NCBI GenBank assembly: GCA_024405715.1
Contig: JAKSOG010000001.1
Coordinates: 1-55,161, forward strand
Direction of reading: 5' to 3'
DNA length: 55,161 nucleotides
Source: Victivallaceae bacterium
Lineage (GTDB): Bacteria; Verrucomicrobiota; Lentisphaeria; Victivallales; Victivallaceae
Positions 8,908 to 17,295 of this stretch are shown here, piece after piece. The notes beneath the pieces were generated by a model. That model was not told the origin of the DNA and ran no database searches. It saw only the letters and a list, made by a program, of their open reading frames with translations. Made by a program: the position numbers and the translations under genes. Every line of letters begins with the position of its first letter. The first letter of the stretch is position 1.

Positions 8908-9636
8908 TCAAAAGGAAACGTTGACGTCGCCTTGAAGCCGGTAGGGTTCCGCCATCAGGCAGATCCCGGCGGGTTCCGACCAGTCGCGATCCCAGTCCAG
9001 CAACATCAGCGGATCGGTCGGCGGTCCCCAGACGTTGAAGTCGATGAGCAGAATTTCCCATCCCGACGTGAAGTAAATATCCGCCACGATATTGCCGGCG
9101 GGAAGACGGTCGGAAATCATCTCGGCGAAATCCGCCGCCATTTGCCAATAGCGGTCGCGATACCCCTCGAGCCGCCGGAAATGGCGCACGAGATGATACT
9201 GGCTCATCGCGGAAAGTTTCCCGTCGCGGATGAAAAGGCGGAATTCCCGGGGCCAGGACATCCGGCGGAAGGGTCTGATGCAAATGTTTTTCATCGCTCC
9301 GGCGGCGGCGGCGGCGCGGACTTTCGCACTGGACGCAAGATTGAAAAAAGTGCTTTTTGCGGAATAGGTCGCGCCGCGTTTTCCGGCGTAACGTTCGGTA
9401 TCGGTAGGCGCACAGCCGTCGATCGAGGCGAAGCAGTTTCCGGGCACGCCGGCAAGAACTTTTTTCAGCTCGGAAATCATCGCGTCGGCGAGCGGACTCG
9501 CCGCGACGGCTTCGGCATCTCCGGAAGCGATGAGCCGCGCGAGTTCTTCCGGAACAGGGACAAAACGGGTCGGAAAGGCGTATTCGGAAAGCGCCTCATA
9601 CCATACAGGCATACGGCAGAATTCGTCAATCGTCAT
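8908..9636 (-). CDS. Cdc123/D123-like ATP-grasp family protein (242 aa)
   Basis: The start was moved to MTIDEF (9636). CFASIDGCAPTD, REFRLFIRDGKLSAMSQY and IVADIYFTSGWEILLIDFNVWGPPTDPLMLLDWD align by eye with the eukaryotic Cdc123/D123 blocks (FVKLNWSSPKDA, EFRCFV..L.GISQR, FV.DVY....v.LIDfNPf...TD.LLF.W). It overlaps the upstream membrane-protein gene by 11 nt. Confidence 0.6.
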   Translation of the reverse strand: MTIDEFCRMPVWYEALSEYAFPTRFVPVPEELARLIASGDAEAVAASPLADAMISELKKVLAGVPGNCFASIDGCAPTDTERYAGKRGATYSAKSTFFNLASSAKVRAAAAAGAMKNICIRPFRRMSWPREFRLFIRDGKLSAMSQYHLVRHFRRLEGYRDRYWQMAADFAEMISDRLPAGNIVADIYFTSGWEILLIDFNVWGPPTDPLMLLDWDRDWSEPAGICLMAEPYRLQGDVNVSF

Positions 9637-10555
9637 AAAAACCTCCTTGCGGCGCGGAATCGTTTCCGCTCCATTGGTGTTTGTAACGCGCAAGCACCGT
9701 CATCCAGTAAACCAGCAACGCGAAAAAATAAACCTGCGCGTAATTGAAAAACGGCAGTTCCAACAACGGGAAACATCCTCCGATGAGCATCCCGGGAAAT
9801 CCGGCGTAAATACCGCTTTTCCAAAACGTCAGATACCGCTTGAAAAACGACGGAGAATCGCCCCCCCGGTTTCCCGTCGCGACAAACAAGGAGAAAAATC
9901 CGGTCGAAAAAAGCGCGACGGTCAACGCGACCAATCCTTCAAAGACGAAAAGCGCCGTCCAATAGGCGCTCAAAAGGATCTTTTCGAGCGAGGGAACCGT
10001 CATCTCAACGCGTTCCCCGACCGCGCCGGAAACATCGCGGGGCTCCGGCTCCAGGATGAGAAACTGCAACGCGGATTCCGCGTCCGGAGCGGAAAAAACG
10101 TTCTCGGTCTCTCCGGCGCGGATGATCGCCCAGGAACGGTCGTCTCTCCGGTAGCCGACGGCGAATGATCCGCCGCGCCAGAGTACCAGATAATCGACGC
10201 CGCCGAGATCGCCGATCGCCCGGACGGCGTCGGGATGGTTCCCGGCATAACAGAGTCGGCCCTTGCGCGGCAAAACGATCGACCGCGCCTTTTCTTCATC
10301 GCGTCCCGGAAAAACGCCGCGACCGTCGAAAACGACGCGTTCGCCGAATGCGCCGATGAAAGCCCGGCGCAAACCGGAAAAATCCCGGTACAATTTGACG
10401 CCGTGCCATGTGGCGACGGCAAAAGCGATCAGCAACGAGAGCAACAGCAAATGCCAAAATACTTTGCCGAAGTGATTGCGGACGAAAACCGGAAAACCCG
10501 CAGTCCCGCGGCAAACGGAAAAAAGCGTCGCGAAAAAACCGGGACTTGGATTCAT
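9626..10555 (-). CDS. Hypothetical polytopic membrane protein (309 aa)
   Basis: The start was moved to MNPSPGFFATLF (10555), which overlaps the def stop (ATGA). There is an N-terminal TM (VFWHLLLLSLLIAFAVATW), a soluble domain of about 130 aa, and 3-4 C-terminal TM segments. The first 87 codons of the track ORF overlap def and are Arg-rich noise. Confidence 0.55.
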   Translation of the reverse strand: MNPSPGFFATLFSVCRGTAGFPVFVRNHFGKVFWHLLLLSLLIAFAVATWHGVKLYRDFSGLRRAFIGAFGERVVFDGRGVFPGRDEEKARSIVLPRKGRLCYAGNHPDAVRAIGDLGGVDYLVLWRGGSFAVGYRRDDRSWAIIRAGETENVFSAPDAESALQFLILEPEPRDVSGAVGERVEMTVPSLEKILLSAYWTALFVFEGLVALTVALFSTGFFSLFVATGNRGGDSPSFFKRYLTFWKSGIYAGFPGMLIGGCFPLLELPFFNYAQVYFFALLVYWMTVLARYKHQWSGNDSAPQGGFYDD

Positions 10556-11139
10556 TTTTTCGGCTCCCGCAGAAAATTCCGCCGCCGGCCCTTTTCCCGC
10601 AATTCGGCGAGGGGCCGTGCGATGCGCTCCGCTTCCGCGGAGTCCAGACGGTCGGTGAAAACGATCCCGTGCAAATGGTCGATCTCGTGCTGCAGACAAC
10701 GCGCGAGCAGATGATCGCATTCGATCTCGATTTCCTGATTCGCCAGCGTAGTGAAATGCACGACGACCCGTTGCGGACGAACGACTTGCGCGTAAATTCC
10801 GGGGACAGAAAGACACCCTTCCTCGCGGGATGCCATCCCGCCCGCCGAGGAAACGATCCGCGGATTGACCAGCGCCAACGGCATCTGATGAAGCAACAAT
10901 TCCTCTCCGGGAGAAAGCACGGTGTCCTTTTCCGCGGGGACGTCGATCACCACCAGTTGCCGGGAAATTCCGATCTGCGGAGCGGCAAGCCCGATCCCGT
11001 CGTAGCGGTACATCACTTCGACCATGTCGCGGGCGAGCGCGACCACGTCGGGCGTGATCGCAAGGATCGGTTCCGCTTCACGTCCGAGTACCGGATCTCC
11101 GCTGGTATGAACGGGATGTCTGATTTTGCCGCCGAACAT
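10552..11139 (-). CDS. def: Peptide deformylase
   Basis: All three PDF motifs are present: GIGLAAPQIG, EGCLSVPG and QHEIDHLHG. Confidence 0.93.
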   Translation of the reverse strand: MFGGKIRHPVHTSGDPVLGREAEPILAITPDVVALARDMVEVMYRYDGIGLAAPQIGISRQLVVIDVPAEKDTVLSPGEELLLHQMPLALVNPRIVSSAGGMASREEGCLSVPGIYAQVVRPQRVVVHFTTLANQEIEIECDHLLARCLQHEIDHLHGIVFTDRLDSAEAERIARPLAELREKGRRRNFLREPKK

Positions 11140-11148
11140 ATTTTCACC

Positions 11149-11180
11149 AAAAAAAAGCCGTCGGATTTTTTTCCAACGGC
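11149..11180 (-). terminator. Rho-independent terminator after the TolC-like gene, ending 10 nt before the def ATG
   Basis: The reverse-strand RNA reads GCCGUUGGA-AAAAAA-UCCGACGGC followed by U8. The stem is 9 bp (6 GC pairs, one G.U). Confidence 0.65.
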
Positions 11181-11196
11181 GAAAAGTCCGTAGCGT

Positions 11197-12978
11197 TTAG
11201 GGAAGCGCCGTAGCGGAAGCGGGGATCACCGGAATTTCGGATTTCTTTTTTTCCGCTTCCGGAGCTGCGGGAGCCGCTGTTTCCTGCGTTACCGCGGGAA
11301 CCGCGCCGGTCGTTTCGGACGCCTGCGGCTGAGTAACCTCTTCCGCGGGGACCTTCATTTCCTGCGCTGCCACCGGAGCCGCGTCGGTCGTTTCGGGCGT
11401 CTGCGGCTGAGGCGCCGCTTCTGCTGGAGCCGGCGCAGCGGCAGGCACGGAAACATCCGCATCGGGCGGATTTTCCGTCACCGGCTTCGTTTCGGGATTG
11501 TCGGCCTCCGGAGCTTCGGCGGAGGGCTGATTTTCATAGAAATCGGCATTGTTGACGCCGACGGCGGAATCAAGCGCGGCGCGCGCATTCTGAATGTTGA
11601 TGTAGCTCGACGCGAGATTCGCTTCGGCGTCGACGAAGTCGCGCTGCGCCTCGTTGAGTCGGGTCAATTCGGTATTGCCGGCACGGTATTCGTCATCCAC
11701 GAGGTCGCGCTGTTTCGCGGAAAGATCGCGCACTTTCTGGACCATTTTCGTCTGCCGGACGCTCTGCATATACGCGGCGTACGCGGTACGCACGTCGTTG
11801 ACCACCTGAAACCACTGCGCGGCGGTGCGATAGTTGGCGACCGCCAGATTCGCCTCGTACTCGCGCACTTTGTTGTAGCGGCGGAATCCGCTGAAAATCA
11901 CCCAGTCGGCGTTGAGCCCGTAGGCGATGTTGCTGTTTTCCGAAAAAGAACGGCTCGAACCGGGACCGAATTGATTGTTGTCGTCGTTTCTGTACGAACC
12001 GTCGGCGCTATAACCCCAGCTGAAATATGCGCTCGCGGTCGGCGAGAAACTGCCGTACTGCTGATAGAGTTGATATTTGGCGATTTCCAACTGTTCGCGA
12101 TACCCTTTCAGGTCGGGACGGTTGGCGAGCGCCGCGTCGAGATAGACCTCGACCGCGGGCAGATCGACGAAGTTCGTTTTGATGTGTCCGGAAAACGTCA
12201 CTTCCTTGGGGAACGTGCCGTCCGGATAACCCATCAGCAGCGCCAGCGCATAAAGCGAACTTTCATACTGGTAATCCGCCTTGATGAGCGCGACTTCGGC
12301 GTTGTCCATAAGGATCTCGAAGTTCAGCACGTCGCTCAACGGGACCGCGCCGGCTTCGAACTTGTATTTCGTATCGCGCAACGACGTCATCTGGAAGTTG
12401 CGGTCTTCTTCGGCGATGCGGCGGTTTTCGATCGCCAGCAAAACGCTGTTGTAGGCCTGCGCGACCGCCAACATCATCGTCCGGCAGGCGTCGGCGTCCA
12501 AGTGCGCATAATATTTTTCGGAACTGCTGGCTTCCATCACCTGAAATTCACGGATGAGACCGTCGAAGAGCAAAAGCTGCGCGGAAACCGAGAAATTCCC
12601 GTTCAAACTGTCCGAACGGGGATGGGAAACTTTTGAATATTGACGGCCGTTGCCGCTGACCACCCAGGAGTTGCCGCCGCCGAGCCCCGCGCTCGCCGTG
12701 ATCTGCGGCATATAACCGGCGAAACTCTGCAAATAGCGCATATGCGCCGCCGCCACCGAATGGTGCGCCGCGATATAGGTCGGGTTGTTGTGAAGCGCGA
12801 TGCGCTGGGCGTCCGCCAGCGACAGACTGTGCAATTCGTTGAAAAGTTCGTCCGCCGCGTCGCGCTCGCGCTGCGTATAACTTTCGCCGAGCGTCGCCAC
12901 GGGGGGCGCCGGGTAATCGTAACAGCCGCCGAGCATCGCCGCGACCGCCAAAAACGGCAGGATTTTGTCTCTGAACAT
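11197..12978 (-). CDS. TolC/OprM-family outer-membrane efflux lipoprotein with a Pro/Ala/Glu-rich C-terminal tail
   Basis: 593 aa. Lipobox LGGC at residues 16-19. Two TolC-like repeats with long helical stretches (e.g. SLSLADAQRIALHNNPTY...). The last ~110 aa are low-complexity with an internal 26-aa repeat. Confidence 0.75.
   Translation of the reverse strand: MFRDKILPFLAVAAMLGGCYDYPAPPVATLGESYTQRERDAADELFNELHSLSLADAQRIALHNNPTYIAAHHSVAAAHMRYLQSFAGYMPQITASAGLGGGNSWVVSGNGRQYSKVSHPRSDSLNGNFSVSAQLLLFDGLIREFQVMEASSSEKYYAHLDADACRTMMLAVAQAYNSVLLAIENRRIAEEDRNFQMTSLRDTKYKFEAGAVPLSDVLNFEILMDNAEVALIKADYQYESSLYALALLMGYPDGTFPKEVTFSGHIKTNFVDLPAVEVYLDAALANRPDLKGYREQLEIAKYQLYQQYGSFSPTASAYFSWGYSADGSYRNDDNNQFGPGSSRSFSENSNIAYGLNADWVIFSGFRRYNKVREYEANLAVANYRTAAQWFQVVNDVRTAYAAYMQSVRQTKMVQKVRDLSAKQRDLVDDEYRAGNTELTRLNEAQRDFVDAEANLASSYINIQNARAALDSAVGVNNADFYENQPSAEAPEADNPETKPVTENPPDADVSVPAAAPAPAEAAPQPQTPETTDAAPVAAQEMKVPAEEVTQPQASETTGAVPAVTQETAAPAAPEAEKKKSEIPVIPASATALP
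11301..11411. repeat. Two copies of a 33-nt unit, 78 nt apart, within the TolC-like C-terminal tail
   Basis: 11301-11333 is ccgcgccggtcgtttcggacgcctgcggctgag and 11379-11411 is ccgcgtcggtcgtttcgggcgtctgcggctgag (30/33 identical). The 78-nt offset corresponds to 26 codons (QPQTPETTDAAPVAAQE / QPQASETTGAVPAVTQE). Confidence 0.8.
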
Positions 12979-13038
12979 GTTTCGACCCTTTCCGAAAAAA
13001 TAGAAAAAACAGTTAAGTGCTAAAACAAAAATCTCTAT

Positions 13039-13067
13039 AAGATAGCATCACGCGCGCGCTTTTTCAA
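13039..13067 (-). promoter_or_regulatory. Sigma70-type promoter for the TolC-like gene (TTGAAA-17-TATCTT)
   Basis: The reverse strand reads cTTGAAAaagcgcgcgcgtgatgcTATCTT, about 60 nt upstream of the ATG at 12978. Confidence 0.5.
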
Positions 13068-13083
13068 GCCGCACACGGAAATA

Positions 13084-13440
13084 TCAGAAGCGGAAATAAA
13101 GAAACGGATTAAAAGAAGAATCGGCGATCGCAAGCCCGGAAAGGATCAGCAATCCGATCAGCGCGGCGTCCCGCAGGACCGCATACCGCAAATCATTTTG
13201 CAGCCGGACGGAAAAAATCTTTTTCTGCACTCCGGACGCCAAAAAACATCCGAGCAAAAGCAAATACAAATGCCTGACGGGAAGCAACCAGGGGTTGGTC
13301 GCCCGGTGCCATCCCGTCATCCTCTCGAAAAGGATGAACACTCCGTGCCAAATCCCCCAAACAACAAAAGTCCACTCCGCACCGTGCCAAATGCCCGTGA
13401 CGAGAAAAACGATTCCTTGATCGAGTTGTTGAATTGCACG
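13084..13440 (-). pseudogene. C-terminal remnant (~115 aa) of an MBOAT-family (AlgI/DltB-like) membrane O-acyltransferase
   Basis: IVFLVTGIWHGAEWTFVVWGIWHGVFILFE carries the conserved MBOAT His motif, and the ORF ends ...NPFLYFRF, like AlgI/DltB termini. The roughly 350 N-terminal residues expected for the family are absent. Confidence 0.65.
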
Positions 13441-14716
13441 ATCAGGATCTGCGTTCCGAAATCCAGAATGTCCTTTGCCCAGTATTTCATGTTCCAATGG
13501 GATTCTCCGCCGAAATTGGTACGGAGTTTCTGCGTCTTCCGGAAAGAATAGGGTAGAAATACCACGAAATTTTCCGTCGTGGAAGACCCGAGGATCGTCA
13601 CGGTATAGCGCCCTTCGGGGAAAGAATACTTCGCCACTCGCGGCGAAAACACTTTCCCCGCGTTGCTGCGGGACAGCATCCCGCTACGGTGATGTGTGAA
13701 GTAAGGATATTCAAAGCGTGCAAACGGAAACGGAACCGATCCGAGTACGGTCCGTTCCAGACTCCCTTTGGAAAAATCCCGATCCGCGCCGCTGCGGACG
13801 TCGCGGCTCATCCGGACGTCGAAATCGGTTTCATCGACGCACGGTAGTCCGGAAAATCTTTCCGGATGATATCCATCAGATCGCGATACCCCAGATAGGC
13901 GCCCCATTCGGTCCAGTGATGATCCGTCTGGAAATAGGCCGGATACCGTTTTTTTCCCTCCTCCATTTGCCGGAACGGCCATGAAATCGTCACGCCGGTC
14001 GATTCTTCCAGCCGACGGGTCAGGCGTTCAAAAAACTCCGCATCGCAGTGGCGATAATTGCAGTAACTGTATTCGCGGTACACGATGGTACGGTCGGGAC
14101 ACACGGAAACGTAGAGGTTTATGTTATGCCGGTCACACCACTTTTTCAATGCGGACAAATTTTTTTCGCATCGCGCGATTTGTTCTTCCGAGTAGTTTTC
14201 TTTCACGGGCTGGCAGATCCATCCGGACCGCCCGATAAAAGTGCCGTCGGGCGCGTGCTCTTTGTAGCCGTTCAGGACCAGACGCAACTTTTTGTAGAGG
14301 CTGATCAATTTGTCCCGGCTGCGGAAATGATCCGAGAAAAATTCTTCAAAAAGCGGCCCGAATTTCCAATTCAATTTCCCATCGGAAAAAAGATCCGGTC
14401 CCGTCGCCAGTGTGCGATATTCTTCGACGGACATTTTGTTCGAGTCCACGGCGGATGCCGGATATACGAGAATGCCCGCCATCACCGCGAGGAAGACGAT
14501 CCCCGCGCAACGGCGAAGGCAATCCCTCCGGTTCAAATCGCGTACCACCCGGTAAAACGCAAAATAGAGCAACGCCGCCGCGATCAGCATTCCCGCCGAC
14601 AAAACGACCGGATTTATTTTCAGCCGACCCTCCGGTTTGATCGAACCGGGAATATCGGTATAACCCTTTTCCGTCCGGAGTCGGCGGCCGTTGACTTCCA
14701 ATTTTTTGAATTTCAA
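13317..14716 (-). pseudogene. DHHW-family (AlgJ/AlgX-like SGNH) O-acetyltransferase accessory protein, split by a 1-nt frameshift near 13835-13860
   Basis: ORF 13808-14716 has an N-terminal TM segment and the FQTDHHWTEWGAYLGY motif but stops about 35 aa later. Family-like sequence continues in the adjacent frame (ORF 13317-13982: ...RYTVTILGSSTTENFVVFLPYSFRKT...DILDFGTQILIVQFNNSIKE). Confidence 0.6.
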
Positions 14717-14757
14717 CTTGCTTCCGGATTTGAGAGGCCGCGTACAACGGGTTTTTC

Positions 14758-14786
14758 TTGAAAAGCGTCGCTTCGTCCGGTATATT
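14758..14786 (+). promoter_or_regulatory. Sigma70-type promoter for thiI (TTGAAA-17-TATATT)
   Basis: Hexamers at 14758-14763 and 14781-14786 with a 17-nt spacer. The ATG is at 14830. Confidence 0.6.
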
Positions 14787-14829
14787 ATCCCGCAAAAAAA
14801 GCGCGTCCGATTTTTACCAGGAAAAAATT

Positions 14830-16026
14830 ATGTACAACTGCGTCATCTGCCGTTACCACGAGATCGCCACCAAAGGCAACAACCGCGGGATGTTCGAACG
14901 CGTTCTCGCCGAAAACATCCGCCATCAGCTCCGGGATTTACCGGGACTACTGGTCCGGCGCGTCAACGGACGCGTCTGGATCGGGAGAGAAGACCGATCT
15001 CCCCTCATCGGCGAGGAGATCCGGGCGATACGGGAAAGACTTCCCCGCGTCTGCGGTCTGGCGAGTTTTTCTTTCATCGTGATGACCCGCGTCGACATCG
15101 GCGAGATCCGCCGCGCGGCGCAGACGCTGGCGCCTGAAATTTTTGCGGGAAAAGGCGAAAAGCCCTCCTTCCGCATCCGCGCCCGCCGGAGCAATAAGCG
15201 TTTTCCGATGCGGAGCCGCGACATCGAGATCGATCTCGTCAGCCGCATCGCCGAAACGCCCGGCGTGCCGGATTTCGTCATCGACCTCGATCACGCCGAC
15301 ATCACCCTCGGCGTCGAAGTGCGCGACGAATTCGCCGCGCTCTACACGGAATCGCTCCCCGGTCCCGGCGGATTGCCGACGGGCAGCAATCCGCGCGTGC
15401 TGACGCTGCTTTCCGGCGGGATCGATTCGCCCGTCGCCGCCTATTTGATGATGAAACGCGGATCGCCGACCGACTACATCAGTTTTCACAGCGCACCCTA
15501 CACGCCTCCGGAAACGACCGACAAAGTGATCGGTATCGCCCGGCATCTCAACCGGTATCAGATATCCGGAAAACTTTATCTCGTGAATCTCGCCGAATTT
15601 CAGAAGGAAGTGCGCGACCGCTGTGAAGAACGCTTCCGCACCGTGCTTTACCGCCGCGCGATGATGCGCATCGCCGAAAAAATCGCCGCCGGACACAAAT
15701 GCCGCGCCCTCGCCACCGGCGAAGCGCTCGGACAGGTCGCCAGCCAGACGCTCGTCAATCTCGACGTCATCAACCGCGCCGTCGATATGCTGATCCTGCG
15801 TCCGGTCATCGGCGAAGACAAACTCGACACCATCGCCACGGCGGAAAAGATCGGCACGATGGCGCTTTCGGCTCCCCAGGTACCCGACAGTTGCACCGTC
15901 TTCGCTCCGGCGAGTCCCGCGACCGCGGCGCCGCTGCGGCAGATCGAGATCCAGGAAAGTCTCATCCCCGGCTACGGAGCGCTGCTCGAAAAGATCGTTG
16001 CCGAAACCGAAACCGTGATCCCGTGA
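14830..16026 (+). CDS. thiI: tRNA 4-thiouridine(8) synthase ThiI (no rhodanese domain)
   Basis: The start was moved to MYNCVICRYHEIATKGNNR. PP-loop LLSGGIDSPVAAYLMMKRG, and an N-terminal ferredoxin-like/THUMP region. Confidence 0.9.
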   Translation: MYNCVICRYHEIATKGNNRGMFERVLAENIRHQLRDLPGLLVRRVNGRVWIGREDRSPLIGEEIRAIRERLPRVCGLASFSFIVMTRVDIGEIRRAAQTLAPEIFAGKGEKPSFRIRARRSNKRFPMRSRDIEIDLVSRIAETPGVPDFVIDLDHADITLGVEVRDEFAALYTESLPGPGGLPTGSNPRVLTLLSGGIDSPVAAYLMMKRGSPTDYISFHSAPYTPPETTDKVIGIARHLNRYQISGKLYLVNLAEFQKEVRDRCEERFRTVLYRRAMMRIAEKIAAGHKCRALATGEALGQVASQTLVNLDVINRAVDMLILRPVIGEDKLDTIATAEKIGTMALSAPQVPDSCTVFAPASPATAAPLRQIEIQESLIPGYGALLEKIVAETETVIP

Positions 16027-16041
16027 CCGGCGGAACGTTTT

Positions 16042-17295
16042 TCACGCCAGCACGAAGCGCGTACCGTCGCGTTCCAATTCGGTGATCGCCCAGACGAGCG
16101 CGTCCATGCGGTCGGGCGACGCGGCGCTCGTCGCGGGGGAAAATCCGGTCATCTGATCTTCGAGTTCGGGAAATATCCCGACGTGATGGACCCGGTTTTT
16201 TTCGTAAAGGGCGGCGACCGGTTCGGCGCGGACGATCTTGCCGCGGCTGGCGCTGACGGCGCGGAAACTCAAATCGGGGTCGATTTGCCGGAGCATCGCT
16301 TCGATGAGATCGCCGCCGTTGTTGACTTCGCCGACGATGCGGTCGGCTCCGAGTTCACGGTAGAGTTCGGCGACGCGGTGTCCCCAATCCAGCGGAGCCA
16401 GACGCCCGCTCGCATCGCGGAGGACGTAATATTCCCCCCGGTCGTCGACGGCGGCGGCGACGATCCCCGTCGAATCGCTTCCGGATGTGCAAGTGACCGC
16501 GGGATCCACGCCGATGACGATGCGCACGAGATCTTCGGGCGGGCGCAGGACCCGCGCCGCGTCGATTTCCGCGATGCTCCAGAGCGCACCGGGAGTTTCG
16601 TCGAGAAAACGCCCTTCGAGAAACCGCTCGCGCTGCCGGGCGGGGAGATTGGCGAGCGTGAATTTGATGTAATCTTCGGGCAGATTTTCGGCGTTGTCGG
16701 CGGGATTGATCCGGAATGCGACGTAAAGCCGCGGATCCGCGAGCGCAGTCCGGTCGACGGGATCGACCTTTTCGATGAACAACCGGTAAGTCCAATGGGT
16801 CTTCCCCGGCGGATTGCAGTCAAAGAGCGCCTTGTTGCGCAGCGGCGGCGCATTCTGCGCCAGCCGGGTCAGCGCGGTCTGGACGCTGGAATAATCCAGT
16901 TCGCTGCACTCGTTGAAGTAGAGCGTCGAAAATTCCTTGCCGAGAATCTTTTCGGCGCGCCGGTCGTCGTCAAGCCCGATCAGCCAGATCTCCGCTCCAT
17001 TGGGCAACCGGAAAAAACATTCGCTCCGGTTGAAATCGGCCTTCACCCCGGGGAAACGGCATTCGAGCGCCTTGGGAAGCGTATCCATCCCGACGGAAGT
17101 CTTGACGCTGTTGAAGTGACGGCGGATGACGGCGTGACGGCTTCCCGGAGCCCGCAACGCGCGCACGAGCAAAGCACAGCAGAGCAGAAAGGTCTTTCCG
17201 CTGCGGCTGCCGCCGAAAAGCATAACGCGGCAGGCGTTTCCGGAAAGAATTTTCAACGCCGCGCGTTGCGCCGGAGTGTAACGGAACTCTTTCAA
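16042..17295 (-). CDS. Phage terminase large subunit
   Basis: Walker A is FGGSRSGKTF and the Walker B-like motif is LYFNECSE. The RNaseH-like nuclease acidic motifs are IGVDPA, GEVNNGGD and DRMDALVWA. The preferred start is the TTG at 17295 (TTGA overlap with the upstream stop). The track ATG at 17475 would add 60 Pro/Arg-rich residues overlapping the upstream gene. Confidence 0.8.
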   Translation of the reverse strand: MKEFRYTPAQRAALKILSGNACRVMLFGGSRSGKTFLLCCALLVRALRAPGSRHAVIRRHFNSVKTSVGMDTLPKALECRFPGVKADFNRSECFFRLPNGAEIWLIGLDDDRRAEKILGKEFSTLYFNECSELDYSSVQTALTRLAQNAPPLRNKALFDCNPPGKTHWTYRLFIEKVDPVDRTALADPRLYVAFRINPADNAENLPEDYIKFTLANLPARQRERFLEGRFLDETPGALWSIAEIDAARVLRPPEDLVRIVIGVDPAVTCTSGSDSTGIVAAAVDDRGEYYVLRDASGRLAPLDWGHRVAELYRELGADRIVGEVNNGGDLIEAMLRQIDPDLSFRAVSASRGKIVRAEPVAALYEKNRVHHVGIFPELEDQMTGFSPATSAASPDRMDALVWAITELERDGTRFVLA

